Below the pieces are notes generated by a model. The model saw only the letters and a program-made list of their open reading frames with translations. It was not told the DNA's origin and did no database searches. From NCBI RefSeq assembly GCF_009914755.1, contig NC_060936.1: a DNA stretch of 64,000 nt; one strand, given 5' to 3'. This DNA is from the human T2T-CHM13v2.0 reference genome, Homo sapiens. The position numbers and the translations under genes are program-made. Below are positions 13,741-26,517 of the stretch, one piece after another; positions within the stretch are counted from its first letter, which is position 1; each line of letters starts with the position of its first letter.

Positions 13741-14481
13741 TTTCCTCATGATTGCTGCCTGTGGCACTTGTCAGGGTGGAGGGTTTCATCATCAGTAGGG
13801 TGAGCCCACTGACCTCCTTAGAGAGACACACACGTCTCAGCAGAACAAGGCCTGCCACAGAGAAACGATTCAGTCTGGTTTACTTCCTTTTTTTTTTTCT
13901 TAAAACAAAACAAAACAAAACAAAACATTTTTTGGCCCACAGAGGCTGGGTCGCTTGGTAACATCTCTGATGGCCGCCGGTTTATTCATAGAGATGACCT
14001 GGGAAACTATCTTCTCCAGAGTAAAAGAAGTCAGAAAGATGTAGTCACACAAGATCCAAAGTGGCAGCCTCGTTAAACAGCAGCAGAAAAGCCACAGGCA
14101 TCTGGGCTAAAAACAGGGTTTTGTTCTATTTCTTCATTCTCCTTGACTGCTGTGATCTGGGAGTGGGGATGTCCGCCTCAGTACCTCGAACAGCATGGCA
14201 GGTCCTCAGCAGCTGTGTGTCACCCACCTTCCATGAGGGACAGAGGGTAGATGGCCTTTTCTTGACATGGAGCAAGATACCTTGTCTCTTAGTGTGTCGT
14301 CATCCACTGTCGGTGATGGGTTGCCACTTTCCTCACAGTAACTGAACTTTGCATTGATTTTTTTGTGTAGATTTGATTTTCAGTTTGTCAACTTATTTTT
14401 GTACTGTTTGGAAGTGCCTGGAGTGTGTGGCTGTGATGTACACATGCCTGTCATTGACACCTAGTGGACCTATGATTGCAG

Positions 14482-14640
14482 GCAGCGTCCTCCAGATCGT
14501 GTCCGCCCCCGGGCAGCCCTACCTTCGAGCCCCTGGCCCTGTGGTGATGCAGACCGTGTCTCAGGCGGGCGCTGTGCACGGCGCCCTGGGAAGCAAGCCC
14601 CCGGCCGGCGGTCCCAGCCCTGCACCCTTGACCCCACAAG
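14482..14640 (+). CDS. EP400: EP400 exon w10 (SVLQIVSAPG...LTPQ)
   Basis: ttgcag|GC ... CAAG|gtaggg; 159 nt; phase 1/1. Confidence 0.93.
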
Positions 14641-16272
14641 GTAGGGTGCTCTGAGCAGGAGGGAGACTTGGCTTGGATGCTTCTTTCTCTTCCATCTAAG
14701 GCGAGTGGAAAGCATTCATGTGTCTTTGACTGTATCTCAGAACAGCACAGTCTAGTGTGTGGCCATCTCTGATTTCTATAGATGTGTCCTAGTGTCAGCC
14801 TGATTTATTTTCTTTTTCTTGTGCTTTCAAAGGTATTGGTTGGATATAACCAGCCTCCACTGTCCTTAGGTTTTTGTTTTGTTTGTGTTCTCACAAGAAA
14901 TTTGGAATCATGAGAAATCTTGCTTGTTTGTATATCGCCAGTGTGCTCCGTTTCCCCTGGGAGTGGGAGTGTGTGGCCGCCCACGCAGGGTCTGGTTCTT
15001 TGTCCGGCCCGAGCTGCCACTCCTCATCCTGTCTCGCCACCTGCTTCACCTCTGAGTCCCCGCTCTGTGCCTGCCTTGGCCCCAGGTCTCTCTGGACATG
15101 CTCTGTCATGATGTGGTGTGTCCTCTGGAACCCAGAGACCCGTGGAGGCAGGTGGGAGCCTAGAGGGGTGAGGCTCTCTCCTTGGGATGGAGCCCTTGTC
15201 CTGGTGGCCGAGTGGTGTCCATTCAGTTCCAGCCCCACCTTTGCATAGTGGGCAGTGATGTTGGGTGGGTCACTGCCAACCTGTTAGGCTCTGTTAGTTA
15301 TCAGAGGAGGCTGCAAGGCTGGAGTGGGGAGGGGCCATGGCTTGTTCTCCAGTCCTGTTAGCATCACCTAGCAGCAGTCCTGCATGCCAGCATGGTCAGC
15401 AGTTCCACTCACCAGGTTTTGCCGCTACCCCCAGAACCAGGCATCTTGGGGATTCCAGAACCAGCTGCTGCACCCTTCTTTGCGGGCTGATGAGTCACTG
15501 TCCCGTGGAAGCCCTCCTCAGCTTCAGAGGCCCCAGTACCAACTGGAGTCCTGGACCCTGAGGGTCTGAGCTCAGACACCCCCACCCCCAAGTGCTGAGT
15601 TCTGACAACCTCAGCCTCTCCTCTTGTTTTTCCCTAAGGTGACTCTTACCCCTGGGCCCCTTTTCAGCACTCAGACACCTCTTTGACCACATCTTTGTAG
15701 GAAAGTCTGCCGCACTAAGTGGCATGGCTTCTGCCTTCCTGATTGGCCCTGGCTGGTAGCAGGTGTCATGTCAGGAGCAGCTCCAGGGAACGGATATGAA
15801 ACGGGCACTGGCTTGCTCTGTTGCAGTTGTGAGGACTGGGTGGACTTCCTGCCGGGGCTGGGCTGCTCATGGCAGGCAAGGGCCTCACAGTCATCAGGCG
15901 GTCACCTGGGCTAGGAGGTGGCCATGTGCTGATGGCGATGGGGTACCCAGGGCCTCGGAGGTGTGCTGGGATGCTTCTGGGTGGCTCTGGAGTGCCTCCC
16001 AAAAGAAAGGGATAAGCTGCTGGCTCCATTCAGCTCCAGTCATGGCCTGCGAGCCAGCATGCTTCCGTGGCAGGTCTAAAGCATTTAAGTTTGAGCCCAT
16101 GCACATTCCAGGCATGTGCTGGTGGAGGATGAGGACTTGGGGACATGCCGTTGCAGAATGACTTTCTGTGGAGTGTGCTGGTGGAGGGTGAGGTTCCATG
16201 GAGCATGCTGGTGTCAGATGAAATCCTGTGAACTTGGCGTTCCTTTTCACCTCTTCCTTTATGCATTTGTAG

Positions 16273-16367
16273 TTGGCGTTCCGGGCCGCGTGGCGGTGAA
16301 TGCCTTGGCTGTAGGAGAACCCGGAACGGCCTCCAAACCAGCTTCTCCCATTGGAGGGCCGACCCAG
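16273..16367 (+). CDS. EP400: EP400 exon w11 (GVPGRVAVN...GPTQ)
   Basis: ttgtag|TT ... CAG|gtaagc; 95 nt; phase 1/0. Confidence 0.93.
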
Positions 16368-16656
16368 GTAAGCACCTGAGCTTGAGACCCCGGTGCACGT
16401 GGACAGGTAGCTTTCCAAGAGCTGCTCGTTGTGTTTGGTTGTGATATTTAAAGGCTCCTGTGAATTCTCAAGTGATGTTACTGAATTCTTATTTTAAAAC
16501 ACACATTTTCTAATAAAATAAATGAAACTGGACTTACGACTGCCACAATCTATTTTTGTATTTTTTATGTCCTTCTGCAAGTCTTCCTGGGCATTAGAAT
16601 TGCTCACTTGTGTCTTGAGAAATACTTCCCATCTTGGCAAAGAAGAGAACGCTTGT

Positions 16657-16724
16657 GCTCTCGGCTTCATTTCCATCTCTATTTCCTGTAGCTCTCGGCT
16701 TCATTTCTATCTCTATTTCCTGTA
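16657..16724. repeat. 34-bp tandem duplication
   Basis: gctctcggcttcatttc(c/t)atctctatttcctgta x2; 1 mismatch. Confidence 0.92.
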
Positions 16725-16852
16725 ACACAAGACCGGGGATATTGAAGTGGATCTCATATGTGGGAAATCACGGGCTGGGTGGGGGGTTGGTGAAGACAGG
16801 AACTTGTCATTCTGTTTCTCAAGTAACTGTTTTTCATCACTTTTTGATAAAG

Positions 16853-17124
16853 GAGGAAAAGACCAGACTCTTGAAAGAGCGCCTGGATCAGATTTATTTA
16901 GTCAACGAGCGGCGCTGTTCTCAAGCTCCAGTCTATGGCAGAGACTTGCTAAGGATTTGTGCCCTGCCTAGCCATGGAAGGGTACAGTGGCGTGGGTCCC
17001 TGGATGGCCGTCGTGGGAAGGAGGCCGGGCCAGCGCACAGTTACACTTCATCCTCAGAAAGTCCAAGTGAGCTGATGTTGACGCTTTGTCGGTGTGGAGA
17101 GTCTCTGCAGGATGTTATTGACAG
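16853..17124 (+). CDS. EP400: EP400 exon w12 (EEKTRLLKERL...QDVID)
   Basis: ataaag|GAG ... AG|gtactg; 272 nt; phase 0/2. Confidence 0.93.
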
Positions 17125-18536
17125 GTACTGCAGACCTCGTGACCTTTTCGGTGCTCTCTGGCTGCATTGCACCCCGGCAAGACCCCTTCTTGTCTCGTGG
17201 ATGTACATCTTACTCCCATCGGCTTCTCCCCACGCTGTCCCTTAGCGGTCTGTTTTGAAGTTAGTCTTTGAGGTCTTCAGCTTTGGGATCAGATGGTTTT
17301 GTTATCTGGGTCTCAGTGCCAGGTGCGGCTTCTGAAGGAAGTTGGCAGCCCTGGGGGCAGAGCCGCAGCACTGAGCTCACACTGTGCTTGGGGACAGATC
17401 ACTGTGTTGCTAAGGACTTTCTCCATTTGACTCTTTCAAAAAATGATTGCATTAAAAGAGCCCCATGAGTGAGTGAACATTACATGATGACAAATGTGGG
17501 CAGGAGTTGATCTCAGAACGTGCTTTAATGGAGAGCAAATCTGAGCACCGGTGGGCACGGTGGGCACCCGGCCGCTCTCAACTGAGCTTGCTTTCAGTAG
17601 AGTGCGTTACCCTGTTTGCATTTCCACTCCCTGCTTGGACCCCATCTCCAGGCTCCACTTCAGACATGTTTTCTTCCCTTCTTTGCAGCTGTTGTAGTTC
17701 TCAGTTGTCTCCTGTCTGCAGAGGGCAACCTGGCTTCTTCCTGTGCCTTGGCTCAGCTCAGCTTTCAGGATCTACCTATTTCAGTTCTTTCAGATCAGGA
17801 AGCAGAATTAATGGAAAAAAAGAAAACTGGGAGTGCTTCTCCAAGGCCGAACAAGCCACTTCTGGCTTCTCCTGGTCTGGGAGTGACTATGTCAGTGACC
17901 TTGTGCTCCTGGAGTTTTTCTTTCGAGTACTGATTTGTCTTTGTGTACTCCTCCCTCATTGAACATCATGGGTGACCATTCGTTCAGTTTGAATACAGCT
18001 GGGAGTGAGTCATAGTTGATGTCCATAGCAAGGGCCTTCTGGTGCAGGTGACCTCCACAGGTTGCAAGGTGGGCCTTAGGTTGGCTGTGCGATCTTCGCT
18101 CTATTGTCATTGTCCTGAAGGCTCCTTCACCCTGAGTCTGGCCCCCGTCCTGGTGGCACAGTGGCTATAGCAGTTCTAGGGTCCACGAGACAGTGCACCT
18201 TTGTCCCAAAGTTTCCAGCTGAAGACACACTAGAAAGAGAATGGCTTATCTCTGACCTGGTGCCTGCGGCCTAGGGAATCCACCCCCATTGATCCATCAG
18301 CCCTGGACTGTCTGAATTAGTCCCCGAGGTGGTGGTTATTGGCCAGGACTGGTTAGGATCTGCCTCGTTGGGCCCCTGCCCGTGTGCCAACACCCACATC
18401 CCCATGTGACTGGGTTGAGCCCTGCTGTTTCCTGGGACTTGGACTGTCAGAAGTCTGCCCCATCTTTCAGGAGCCCCCATGCTGGGTGAAGGTGTGTGGC
18501 TCCTGGTGGTGACAAAACATGCTTTCTGCTCCTCAG

Positions 18537-18739
18537 GGTGGCCTTTGTGATTCCTCCGGTGGTGGCAGCACCCCCGTCCCTACGGGTGCCGCGGCCGCCA
18601 CCCCTGTACAGCCACAGAATGAGGATCTTGAGGCAGGGCCTGAGAGAGCACGCTGCGCCGTACTTCCAGCAGCTGCGGCAGACCACGGCTCCACGCCTGC
18701 TGCAGTTCCCTGAGCTGAGGCTGGTGCAGTTCGACTCAG
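18537..18739 (+). CDS. EP400: EP400 exon w13 (VAFVIPPVVA...QFPELRLVQFDS)
   Basis: cctcag|G ... TCAG|gtatgc; 203 nt; phase 2/1. Confidence 0.95.
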
Positions 18740-18824
18740 GTATGCGGCAGTTGGGGGCGTGGCCCGTGCGGGAGCTGCACCGGCCCTGGATGATGAGGCG
18801 CTCTTGATGTGATTCGTTTCCCAG

Positions 18825-18994
18825 GGAAGTTGGAAGCTTTAGCTATCTTGCTTCAGAAATTGAAATCTGAAGGACGTCGGGTGCTGATTTTATCACAGAT
18901 GATTCTTATGTTGGACATTTTAGAGATGTTCTTGAACTTCCATTACCTCACCTATGTAAGAATCGATGAAAATGCCAGCAGTGAGCAACGGCAG
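18825..18994 (+). CDS. EP400: EP400 exon w14 (lobe 2, motif IV: GKLEAL...RVLILSQM...EQRQ)
   Basis: tcccag|GG ... CAG|gtgaga; 170 nt; phase 1/0. Confidence 0.96.
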
Positions 18995-20059
18995 GTGAGA
19001 AGCACATTGTTTACATTGTCTCTGATGGGTCAGTCACTGGTGTTGAATGCCTAAGTGCTGTGTAAATTCAGTGGTCTCATGGCCCTTCTAAGTGAAAGGG
19101 GAGGGACTTAATGAGCTTCTGAACTTTTTAAAGTCTCAATCCATCCTTCGATATTTTTTATTAAAAGCCACGTTGTTAGGTAAATGCAGTCTTGATGTCT
19201 CAGAATAAATGCCGGTGACCTGCAATCATCATTAAGACGATACTGGCGTACTTCAAGAGGTGGCTACAGGGTAAAAATATGAAAACAATTCCAACCAATT
19301 TAGAATGAAGGGAAATACAAGTTAGGGTAATATGCCCATTGTTTACTTACAAGATTTGCCAAGGCTGTTTTGTTTCATCAGGCACAGTGAGTCAGACACT
19401 CTCATATCCTCCCGTGAAAGCATAAACTAGTATAGTTCTAGAAGGCAGCCTGGCAGTATGGATTTGAACCTTAATAGTGATGTATGCTTGACCTAGTAAT
19501 TCTGTATTTAGGACCCTTTACTTACATGACAACAAACACACCACTTAAGATCTGTCTACATAGTTGTTGTTGAAATGTTTATGGTAATTCACAGTTGAGA
19601 ACAAAGTCAGTGTTCAGCAGAAGAGTGAGTGCATAAGGGGTTGTCCATGGGCCCCGTGCCCTGGCAGCTTCATGAGCAGAAACTGCCCAGCATTTCACGT
19701 GGTGTGCTAGGCCCTTGTCAGCAGCATTTCAGAGCCAGTTTTAGTAGCATGGCCCAGTGTCCCCCAGCGCAAAACCAAGTTGCTGCCCTGTAAGTCGCGC
19801 AGCCTGCTTTATCTCACACACACGCTCATGTACACGCTGGAGAGGCCTAGAAAGAAATAGAGCAAAAGGTGATTTAACAAGTTTTCTTGGTAATATTATA
19901 GCAAATTATCTGTAGAATGCCTGGAAGGAAGAGAGTTGGTCAGTGATTAGGTTTCGTTTCTGGCACAGAAATCGTTATGGAAGAAAAGTATTCAAGTCAT
20001 CTCCCTTCATGGTCAACAGTGAGGTTAGAGGACTATCCTTCACGGTTTTGTTTTTCCTG

Positions 20060-20196
20060 CTTCCTCAGCCTTACTCCAGGGACTTTTTGTTGCCTGTAAA
20101 GTGCTCTGGCATTGCCTGAGGATAGATGAGAAAGCACATATCCCTCCCCAGTAAGACGCTGTTTTCTTTTGGGGCCTACAAGTTGAGCTGACAGTA
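20060..20196 (+). ncRNA. SNORA49: H/ACA box snoRNA SNORA49 (ACA49), intronic
   Basis: 137 nt. 5' hairpin closed by TCCTCAG (20062-68)/CTGAGGA (20116-22); H box AGATGA (20124-29); second hairpin; ACA at 20191-93, 3 nt from the end. Matches my recollection of ACA49, which is hosted by EP400. Confidence 0.9.
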
Positions 20197-20406
20197 AATG
20201 CAAGGTGGACTCTAACTTTTTCCTTCTTGTCACTCATGGCTGATGTTATTTAAACTGTGCATGAGGGTGTTGGCGATGGGTGAGCGTAAGATGATAGTGG
20301 CTGCACAGAAGAGCTGGAATACAGTGCGGGGACCTTGGTGTTGCTTTAACATGAGCCTCGTGTTGAATGGAATACAAACCAAGCAGTTTTGCTATGGGAT
20401 AATTTC

Positions 20407-20690
20407 TTTTTTGAGACAGAGTCCTGCTCTGTCGCCGAGGCTGGAGTACAGTGGCGCAATCTTGGCTCACTGCAGGCTCCTCCCGGGTTCACGCCATTCT
20501 CCTGCCACAGCCTCCCAAGTAGCTGGGACTGCAGGCGCCTGCCACCACGCCCGGCTAATTTTTTGTATTTTTAGTAGAGACGGGGTTTCGCCATGTTAGC
20601 CAGGATGATCTCGATCTGCTGACCTTGTGATCCACCCACCTCGGCCTCCCAAAGTGCTGGGATTACAGGTGTGAGCCGCCACGCCCGGCC
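20407..20690 (-). mobile_element. Alu (AluSc/Y-like)
   Basis: Both arms; imperfect TSD tgct(a/g)tgggat(a/t)atttct. Confidence 0.95.
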
Positions 20691-20788
20691 TGCTGTGGGA
20701 TTATTTCTAATTAATAAATGTTGAAACGTGTCAAAGGTTTCCCAACATTTTCCAAGAATACTAACTCCTGTGTTTTGTTTCATCTTAG

Positions 20789-20985
20789 GAACTGATGAGG
20801 AGTTTCAACAGAGACAGGCGGATTTTTTGTGCCATTCTCTCCACTCACAGCCGTACCACAGGTATAAACCTTGTAGAGGCGGACACCGTCGTGTTTTATG
20901 ACAATGACCTGAATCCAGTGATGGATGCCAAAGCTCAGGAGTGGTGCGATAGGATCGGGAGATGCAAAGACATCCACATATACAG
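20789..20985 (+). CDS. EP400: EP400 exon w15 (motifs V-VI: ILSTHSRTTGINL...QEWCDRIGR)
   Basis: tcttag|GAA ... TACAG|gtgagg; 197 nt; phase 0/2. Confidence 0.96.
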
Positions 20986-21055
20986 GTGAGGGCCTGCGGG
21001 GGATAGGATCAGGAGATGCAAAGACATCCACATATACAGGTGAGGGCCTGCGGGG
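20948..21055. repeat. 54-bp tandem duplication spanning the exon w15 donor
   Basis: gataggatc(g/a)ggagatgcaaagacatccacatatacaggtgagggcctgcgggg at 20948 and 21002. Confidence 0.96.
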
Positions 21056-21436
21056 ATGGCCGCGTGGAAATGGAGTCAATGAGAAGCTTTGCAGGAGATA
21101 TTGGTGCAAGAAGCACTAATGCAGAAACAAAAGGTAGCACTAAAGACAATGCATGATATCTAATTTTAAACTAGGGTTTGTTTTCCTTCAGACAAACTTA
21201 CATTTCTGCTATTTTATCTATCTATTCCTTTTATTTATACTCAACATTTGCTTGAAATTGTAAGTTAGTGATGCTGCTCACACAAGTCATCTTGCCATCT
21301 TCAGTTTTTACGTGTGGTACCTCTTGCAGAGTATCTCAGTCTTAAAAGTACGATTTAGATTTTGGGTTGTTTTAATTATGAACTATAAATTATCTGTTAG
21401 TAAAATGGCTATTGAAAGAATGGTCAACACCTGTGA

Positions 21437-21764
<328 letters not shown>

Positions 21765-21780
21765 AAAATCTATTATTATG

Positions 21781-22083
21781 TTTTTGTTTGTTTGTTTTTT
21801 GAGACGGAGTTTCGCTCTTGTTAGCCAGGCTGGAGTGCAATGGCGTGATCCTGGTTCACCGCAACCTCCACCTCCTGGGTTCAAGCGATTCTTCCGCCTC
21901 AGCCCCCCGAGGAGCTGAGGTTACAGGTGCGCGCCACCATGCCCTGCTAGTTTTTGTATTTTTAGTAGAAACGGGGTTTCACCATGTTGGCCAGGCTGAT
22001 CTTGGAACTCCCGACCTCAGGTGATCGCCCGCCTTGGCCTCCTAAAGTGCTGGGATTATAGGTGTGAGCCACCGCGCCTGGCC
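21781..22083 (-). mobile_element. Alu
   Basis: Both arms; TSD TATTATTAT. Confidence 0.95.
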
Positions 22084-22378
22084 TATTATTATCTGTAAAG
22101 ATAAAAACTATAACTGTCAAAACACAATTGGGGGAAATGGGGAAAGGTTACTGTATATTTTTAAATTTCTAAGTGCTTACTGTTACAGTGTAATAGTAGA
22201 TTTACTTCTTCTGCTTATTTTATGCCTGGTTGTGTGCCGAGCACATCCTGGGCTCACCTCTCATGGTGACCCGTCAGTTCCCAGTAGGGAGCCTGAGACT
22301 AGACAAATATGGTCCCTGCATGAGGTCTCCTAGGTGGTAGCTGACCCTGGAACTAAAACCCAAGTGTGCTTTAACCTC

Positions 22379-22667
22379 TTTTTTTTTTTTTTTGAGACGG
22401 TCTGTTGCCCAGGCTGGAGTGCAGTGGCATGATCTTGGCTCACTGACGCTTCTATCTCCTAGGCTCAGGTAATCCTCCCGGCTCAGCCTCCCAAGTGGCT
22501 GGGACTACAGGTGTGCAGTACCATGCCTGGCTAATGTTTGTATTTTTTGCACAGACAGGGTTTTGCTGTGTTGCCCAGGCTGGTCCCAAACTCCTGGGCT
22601 CAAACAGTCAGCCCGCCTCAGCCTCCCAAAATGCTGGGATTACAGGCATGAGTCACTGCACCCGGCC
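22379..22667 (-). mobile_element. AluJ-like
   Basis: Both arms, diverged. Confidence 0.92.
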
Positions 22668-24337
22668 AACCATTTGTTTTTTAACAAGATGGTTGGTGTC
22701 ATAGTAATTCAAATGCTGTATTTAAATTGTTTTATTATTATTTTTCTTGCTATAAATGCATTACATGTTCCTCGAGGGAAAAAAGGAGAGCCTGTAAAGA
22801 AAAACAAGGATCCTGCAGAGGCAGCAATTATTAACATTCAGTTGCACATCTTCCCAGACACGCTTCTGCTTCTTGAAGAAGGCTCACACTGTGTCTTCTT
22901 TTGTAAACTTTTTTTTTCTTTTAACAGTACATTATACATACATTTCCATGGTGATGAATATAAGTTTGGTGCATGGTTTATGTTGAATGGATAAGGGCTT
23001 AGTGTGGAATCCATTCTGCATTGTTGGCCCTTAGCAATTACTAGCCAGAAATTGGAAAAGTGTTGTATTCTCAGTATCAATAAAGTCTCAGGCATGGCCT
23101 TAGCGGTGCAGGAACAGGGCATCTGAAGTGAGGCATGAGGTGGCCTTGAAGGATGCAGGATGGGCTGTGCCAAGTGTGAAGACACACTTTGTTCTCGAGT
23201 GGGTAGACTTCATTCATGAACATGTGAAGTTTCTCCAAAGTAATACTAAAATTTAATATATTTTTGTGAAAACGCTCCTCATGGGTGTGAAGGTTCTATG
23301 CGTGCACACACACGGTTGGGTAAGGTGGTGCCAATGTGCTTGCAGTGTGGACGTCCTGATGAAGGCCGCCATCATGATGCTCAGTGTTGCGGGTGGGAGT
23401 GTGCCCCACTATGAGCCATGGGAACCCCCAAACTGCATAAGGGTGCTGTTGGTGTCGGGGCAGATAGCCCGGCACCCATGGGGATTTCGCATGTTACAAA
23501 GGTTGGCTGTCGCAGTAACTGGAGGGCCTTTCTGTCATGAATGTGCCGCACACCTTGTGCTCCACGAGTGAGAGGAGGGGCTTGGAGTGCTGCTCCCACG
23601 CCTGACCATGGCGGAGTCCAGAGGGATGAAGGACTTGAATGTTTTCGGTGGAGCAGCAGTGTTAGAACACTCTTGAAGAGACAGTACCTGTGGCCGAGAG
23701 CTGGAAGGGACCGCCTGACCCACACAGACCCCAAAGTCAGGGGAGACAGGCACACAGCTGCAGTGAGACAGGAAGCCAAGCGTTGTACAGATACGGTGAG
23801 CCCAGTGGACAGGCGGGTGATAGAACAGGGAGATTTGCCATTCTCAGTGCAAGTAAAGAGTTAAATACCTCTTAAAAATCGAGAAGATACATAAAGACCC
23901 CCCCTTACTCTTAAATAGGAAGGGCCTGTGAATATGAACAGTCCATCCCAATTGGCCAGAAAGTGTGAGAGGCCGCTCCAGCTCACTGGTCTGGAGAAGG
24001 AAGGACCAGTTTAATGCACGATGAGATCTCTCTTCTCATGCCCCGGACAGGTGAGACCTTAAGGGAACGAGCCTGTTCAGCCTGGCACTAGAAAAGGGGA
24101 CGTCCTCATGTTGATGGGGATGTGGGATTGCTATCTAAGGATGTGTGTCGCAGCTTTGTCACATGGCACAAAGCAGTCACTGGGGCACAGCCATCCCACG
24201 GTGTTGAGCAGCCAGGTGGAAAATGAGCTCATGTCGAGGGATTTCTGTAATACACTGCTTAGGGAGGACAGCAAAATGCAGAGAAGTGGGAAGTAAGGCG
24301 GACATTTTCCCCACACGGTTGTGCACGAAGTGACGGT

Positions 24338-25331
24338 ACATGGAGCATCGTGGAAGGGCACACCCAGGTTCACACACACAGCATCGTGGAACAACACACC
24401 CAGGTTCACACGGAACGTCATGGAAGGGCACACCCAGGTTCACACGGAACGTCGTGGAAGGGCACACCCAGGTTCACACACACAGCATCGTGGAACGACA
24501 CACCCAGGTTCACACAGAACGTCATGGAAGGGCACACCCAGGTTCACATGGAACGCTGTGGAAGCGCACACCCAGGTTCACATGGAACGTCTTGGAAGCA
24601 CACAGCCAGGTTCACACGGAACGTCGTGGAAGGACATACCCAGGTTCACGCGGAACATCGTGGAAGGACACACCCAGGTTCACACGGGGCATTGTGGAAT
24701 GACACACCCAGGTTCACACGGAACGTCGTGGAAGGGCACACCCAGGTTCACACGGAACGTCGTGGAAGGGCACACCCAGGTTCACACACACAGCATCGTG
24801 GAACGACACACCCAGGTTCACACGGAACGTCATGGAAGGGCACACCCAGGTTCACATGGAACGCTGTGGAAGCACACACCCAGGTTCACACGGAACGTCT
24901 TAGAAGCACACAGCCAGGTTCACACGGAATGTCGTGGAAGGACACACCCGGGTTCACACGGAGCATTGTGGAACACACCCAGGTTCACATGGAGCATCAT
25001 GGAACAACACACCCAGGTTCACACGGAACGTCATGGAAGCACACAGCCAGGTTCACGCGGAACGTCATGGAAGGACACACCCAGGTTCACACGGAACGTC
25101 GTGGGAAGGACACACCCAGGTTCGCACGGAATGTCGTGGAAGCACACACCCAGGTTCATACGGAACATCGTGGAAGGGCACACACAGGTTCACATGGAAC
25201 ATCGTGGAAGGACACACCCGGGTTCACACGGAGCATCGTGGAACAACACACCCAGGTTCACATGGAGCATCATGGAACAACACACCCAGGTTCACACGGA
25301 ACGTCGTGGAAGCACGCACCCAGGTTCACAC
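24338..25331. repeat. Minisatellite, ~34-bp unit, ~29 copies
   Basis: Consensus GGAACGTCGTGGAAGGGCACACCCAGGTTCACAC with variant units. Confidence 0.97.
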
Positions 25332-26517
25332 TGACGTGGCTGCTGGGGCGGGGGGCAGGAGAGGCAGGCCACCCTCCCTGAAGCAGCCATGAAATATGCC
25401 AGTTAGGAAAAGTGTGCCCGCGGAAGCGCACACTGTCACACGTGCAGCAGCACCTTCTTGTGAACCAAGGTGGGTGGAAATGCCATCCCCACTTTTTTTA
25501 GTGGTTCTCAGGGTGATTGGAATCCAGGCGATTTTTGTTTTGTTTTGTTTCTTATGCTTTTATGTAATCAAATAATTTATGATGAGCATGTAGTAATATA
25601 ATCAAGAAAGAGTAGATTTTCATTTAAAGGCCAGGAAAGTCTTCCCAGGTGGTGGTTTGCTGTTGATGAAGTTGTCCATCCACTATTTCCCTTTATCACG
25701 TATTTAGTTCCTTTGTTTGTGTCTGGGTTCACGTCTTCACTTTCCGTGCTGTTCCCTATGATGGTTTCTCTTTAATATTTAGGATCCTTTTAATTTGGAA
25801 TTTTCTGAAAAAAATTTTGTTTTCATCTCTGAAAATCATGCTGTTAAAGTTGTTTAATGTGAGCTTTTTTGAGGTTTAGCATTTAGCATTTTACAGGCAG
25901 ATGAGCCTCATGGGAAGGCAATAGACTGCATGGTCTGTTCTGTGTCCCCAGTGATGGAATCTTGAGGAAGCCTTGTGTCCCTGCACTGGGGGTCCGTCTG
26001 TCCAGTGGGGTGACATCTGCAGCTCACGGTCGTAATTGAACACCTCTTGTGGGTCTGGTAGTGTACCGGGGTTAGAAAGAGAAAAACGCCCATAATTACA
26101 TGAGAATGAGGTGTCTCATGAGTGTTAACAAGCCAGTCTGTGAAGTGATCAGTTCTGCCTGTTGGGCTCAGTGAAAGCTTCAGAGAAGATAGATGCTGGA
26201 GGTACATCTGGAAGGACCAGGTGGGACATTTCCAGGTTGAGACTGGTGGGAGAAAAACGGGATGGCGGGTGGAAGGATGAGGTGGCACAGCGAAGAGTCT
26301 TCCGGAGGGGCCTCCTGTCAGCTCTCTGGGAGGCGGGAGAGCTAAGATTGGAGGGGCTGGCTGAGAGCGGCCTTTGGTGCCCCACGAAGGCATGTTCTGA
26401 GCAGGGGTAGCTGGAGGAGGGACGTGGATTCGTTGATCACCATCTGCATGCTGTGCCCACCTGTTGTCACTGTGTTTCCTGGTGACTGACTTAGCATCTT
26501 ACATCTTTTGTTTGCAG

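Noticed and set aside
24338-25331. CRISPR-like look (constant core plus variable segment) and 337/343-aa ORFs as a novel protein
   Set aside because: The variable parts are mutated versions of one unit, not unique spacers; there are no cas genes and the context is a eukaryotic intron. The ORFs follow from a stop-free repeat unit.
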